This document shows, piece by piece, positions 24,629 to 26,073 of a DNA stretch of 26,073 bases (position 1 is the first letter of the stretch; each line of letters starts with the position of its first letter). The DNA is from Terrimicrobiaceae bacterium. GTDB taxonomy: Bacteria; Verrucomicrobiota; Verrucomicrobiia; Chthoniobacterales; Terrimicrobiaceae. Location of the stretch: positions 1 to 26,073 of the forward strand of contig JBGSVZ010000049.1 in NCBI GenBank assembly GCA_041752695.1, in the 5' to 3' direction. The notes beneath the pieces were generated by a model. That model saw only the letters and a program-made list of their open reading frames with translations, was not told where the DNA came from and did not search any database. The translations under genes and the position numbers were made by a program.

Positions 24629-25886
24629 TTGGTTTGCCGAAGCCCGCTACGGACTTTTCATCCACTACGGGCTCTACAGCCTGTTGGCTCGTGGCGAATG
24701 GGTTTGGAATCGCGAGGAAATTCCACGCGAAGAATACAAACATCTCGTCGCTCGGTTTACTGCGGAACGTTTTGACGCCGACAGTCTCTGCCGGATGGCG
24801 GTGGATGCCGGTATGCGGTATGTCGTCTTAACGACGATGCACCACGAAGGGTTCCGTTTGTATCCGACGGAGTTGTCCGATTTTCACATTGGAAACAGCG
24901 GGGCGACCGGTCGCGATTTGGTCTCGGAGGTCATTGCTGCCGCTCGTAAACATCATCTTAAGGTTGGTCTCTACCACAGCCTCAACAACTGGTATGATCA
25001 GCCTGACTCGGTCGCTGCGCTGGAGGATCCGACCGCCTATGAGAAATTCATTTCCGCCACCCACAGGCGCATCCGCGAACTGGTGACCCGTTACAACCCG
25101 ATCGACATTCTCTGGTATGATGGCTGGTGGCCGTTCAACGCCGATGGTTGGCAGGCGGAAAAGATGAACGCGATGGTCCGCGAGATTCAGCCGCACATTC
25201 TCATCAATGGCCGCAACGGACTACCCGGCGACTTCGCCACCCCTGAGCAACATTTGAGTGCGCCAAACCCTTGGCGTCACTGGGAGGCCTGCGTCACCAT
25301 GAATGAAAGCTGGAGTTATCACGCGGGTGACCGAGAGTGGAAGACCGGATCCCAACTTCTGGATATGCTCGTTCGCTGTGCGCAGGGGAATGGCAATCTC
25401 CTTCTTAATGTGGGGCCGACACCCGACGGCGTTGTGCCCGAGCCCTGCACCCGGGCTCTGAAGCAAGTGGGCGAGTGGCTCCGCAAGAATGGGGAAGCCA
25501 TCTACGACACTGAGCGATTCACCTTCGACCTCCAGGAGCGCGGCGATCATCGCGGCGACTGGAATTCCTACGGTCCGATGACAGTCAAAGCCAACGCACT
25601 CTACTGGCTTATCTGTCGTCCGCATGGTGATACTGCGACGCTGGGTGGACTAGAAAACAAAGTCCTCTCCGTTCATTGCCTCGATAATGGCGAGGCGCTT
25701 CCCTTCACCCAGACCGGCACCCGCGTGCGGATCTCCCATGTGCCCGCAGTTGACGAGAGCGGCCTCTGGCCTGCGCTGAAGATCGAATGTGACGGCCCGC
25801 CCGTCGTCTATCAAAGCGGCGGCCTCCGCATCCCGAAGGTTCCGCACCCGCACTACGATCCGTGCCCCTCGGATATCGCACATTAA
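24618..25886 (+). CDS. Alpha-L-fucosidase, glycoside hydrolase family 29, no signal peptide
   Basis: Motifs WFAEARYGLFIHYGLYS, AGMRYVVLTTMHHEGF, GLYHS, ILWYDG (nucleophile Asp), WEACVTMNESW and GNLLLNVGP. Confidence 0.95.
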   Translation: MENNWFAEARYGLFIHYGLYSLLARGEWVWNREEIPREEYKHLVARFTAERFDADSLCRMAVDAGMRYVVLTTMHHEGFRLYPTELSDFHIGNSGATGRDLVSEVIAAARKHHLKVGLYHSLNNWYDQPDSVAALEDPTAYEKFISATHRRIRELVTRYNPIDILWYDGWWPFNADGWQAEKMNAMVREIQPHILINGRNGLPGDFATPEQHLSAPNPWRHWEACVTMNESWSYHAGDREWKTGSQLLDMLVRCAQGNGNLLLNVGPTPDGVVPEPCTRALKQVGEWLRKNGEAIYDTERFTFDLQERGDHRGDWNSYGPMTVKANALYWLICRPHGDTATLGGLENKVLSVHCLDNGEALPFTQTGTRVRISHVPAVDESGLWPALKIECDGPPVVYQSGGLRIPKVPHPHYDPCPSDIAH

Positions 25887-25915
25887 AACAAACCATGACC
25901 ACCAATCCCACCTTT

Positions 25916-26073
25916 AGTGTCAAAACAGCCGGTCAACGGTGTTGAAAGAAGAAGCTAAATGGAAGCATAAGAATGCCTAAGGGAAGCGATAAGAGTGAGC
26001 CAGGGAGCCTCGCGGGTGAGCGAGGCGCGCAACCAGCGCAAGAATTTGACGGTGCGCTGGGTGAGGCGGAGAG
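25916..26073 (+). mobile_element. Possible left end of an insertion sequence (IS256-like?) with the start of an ORF at 25973 running off the window
   Basis: AGTGTCAAAA at 25916 resembles IS256-family termini (from recall). The + strand shifts from A/C-rich to purine-rich here. ORF MPKGSDKSEPG... is open to the window end. No partner repeat or transposase motif is visible. Confidence 0.25.

Noticed and set aside
1..26073. CRISPR arrays, rRNA/tRNA genes, integrases, defence or toxin systems
   Set aside because: No regularly spaced repeats, RNA-gene signatures or relevant protein motifs were seen anywhere in the window.

Overview
This is a GC-rich bacterial window, most likely from the PVC superphylum (Verrucomicrobiota-like). 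That placement is inferred from two PEP-CTERM proteins, prepilin/H-X9-DG-type proteins and A/C-rich leaders lacking a Shine-Dalgarno sequence. The first ~1.25 kb holds the 3' end of an AraC regulator and a divergent HxlR regulator / NADPH-dependent F420-reductase-like pair. From ~1.6 kb to ~25.9 kb every credible gene is on the + strand, forming an apparent glycan-utilisation island with no SusC/SusD, TonB-dependent receptor or ABC transporter in view. The island contains two parallel sets of the same three components: a PEP-CTERM surface protein, a GntR-HTH/LacI-type-sensor (AraR-like) regulator and a prepilin-like protein. Cargo genes are a GH42-like protein, a GH9, a GH29 fucosidase, an SGNH esterase, a Gfo/Idh/MocA oxidoreductase, an MFS transporter and several large unassigned proteins. 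A TATCA-N4-TATCA motif recurs in three promoter regions, and a differently lettered repeat array with similar spacing overlaps the start of the second regulator. The last ~160 bp may be the left end of an insertion sequence. All family calls come from motif recognition by eye; no database searches were run.
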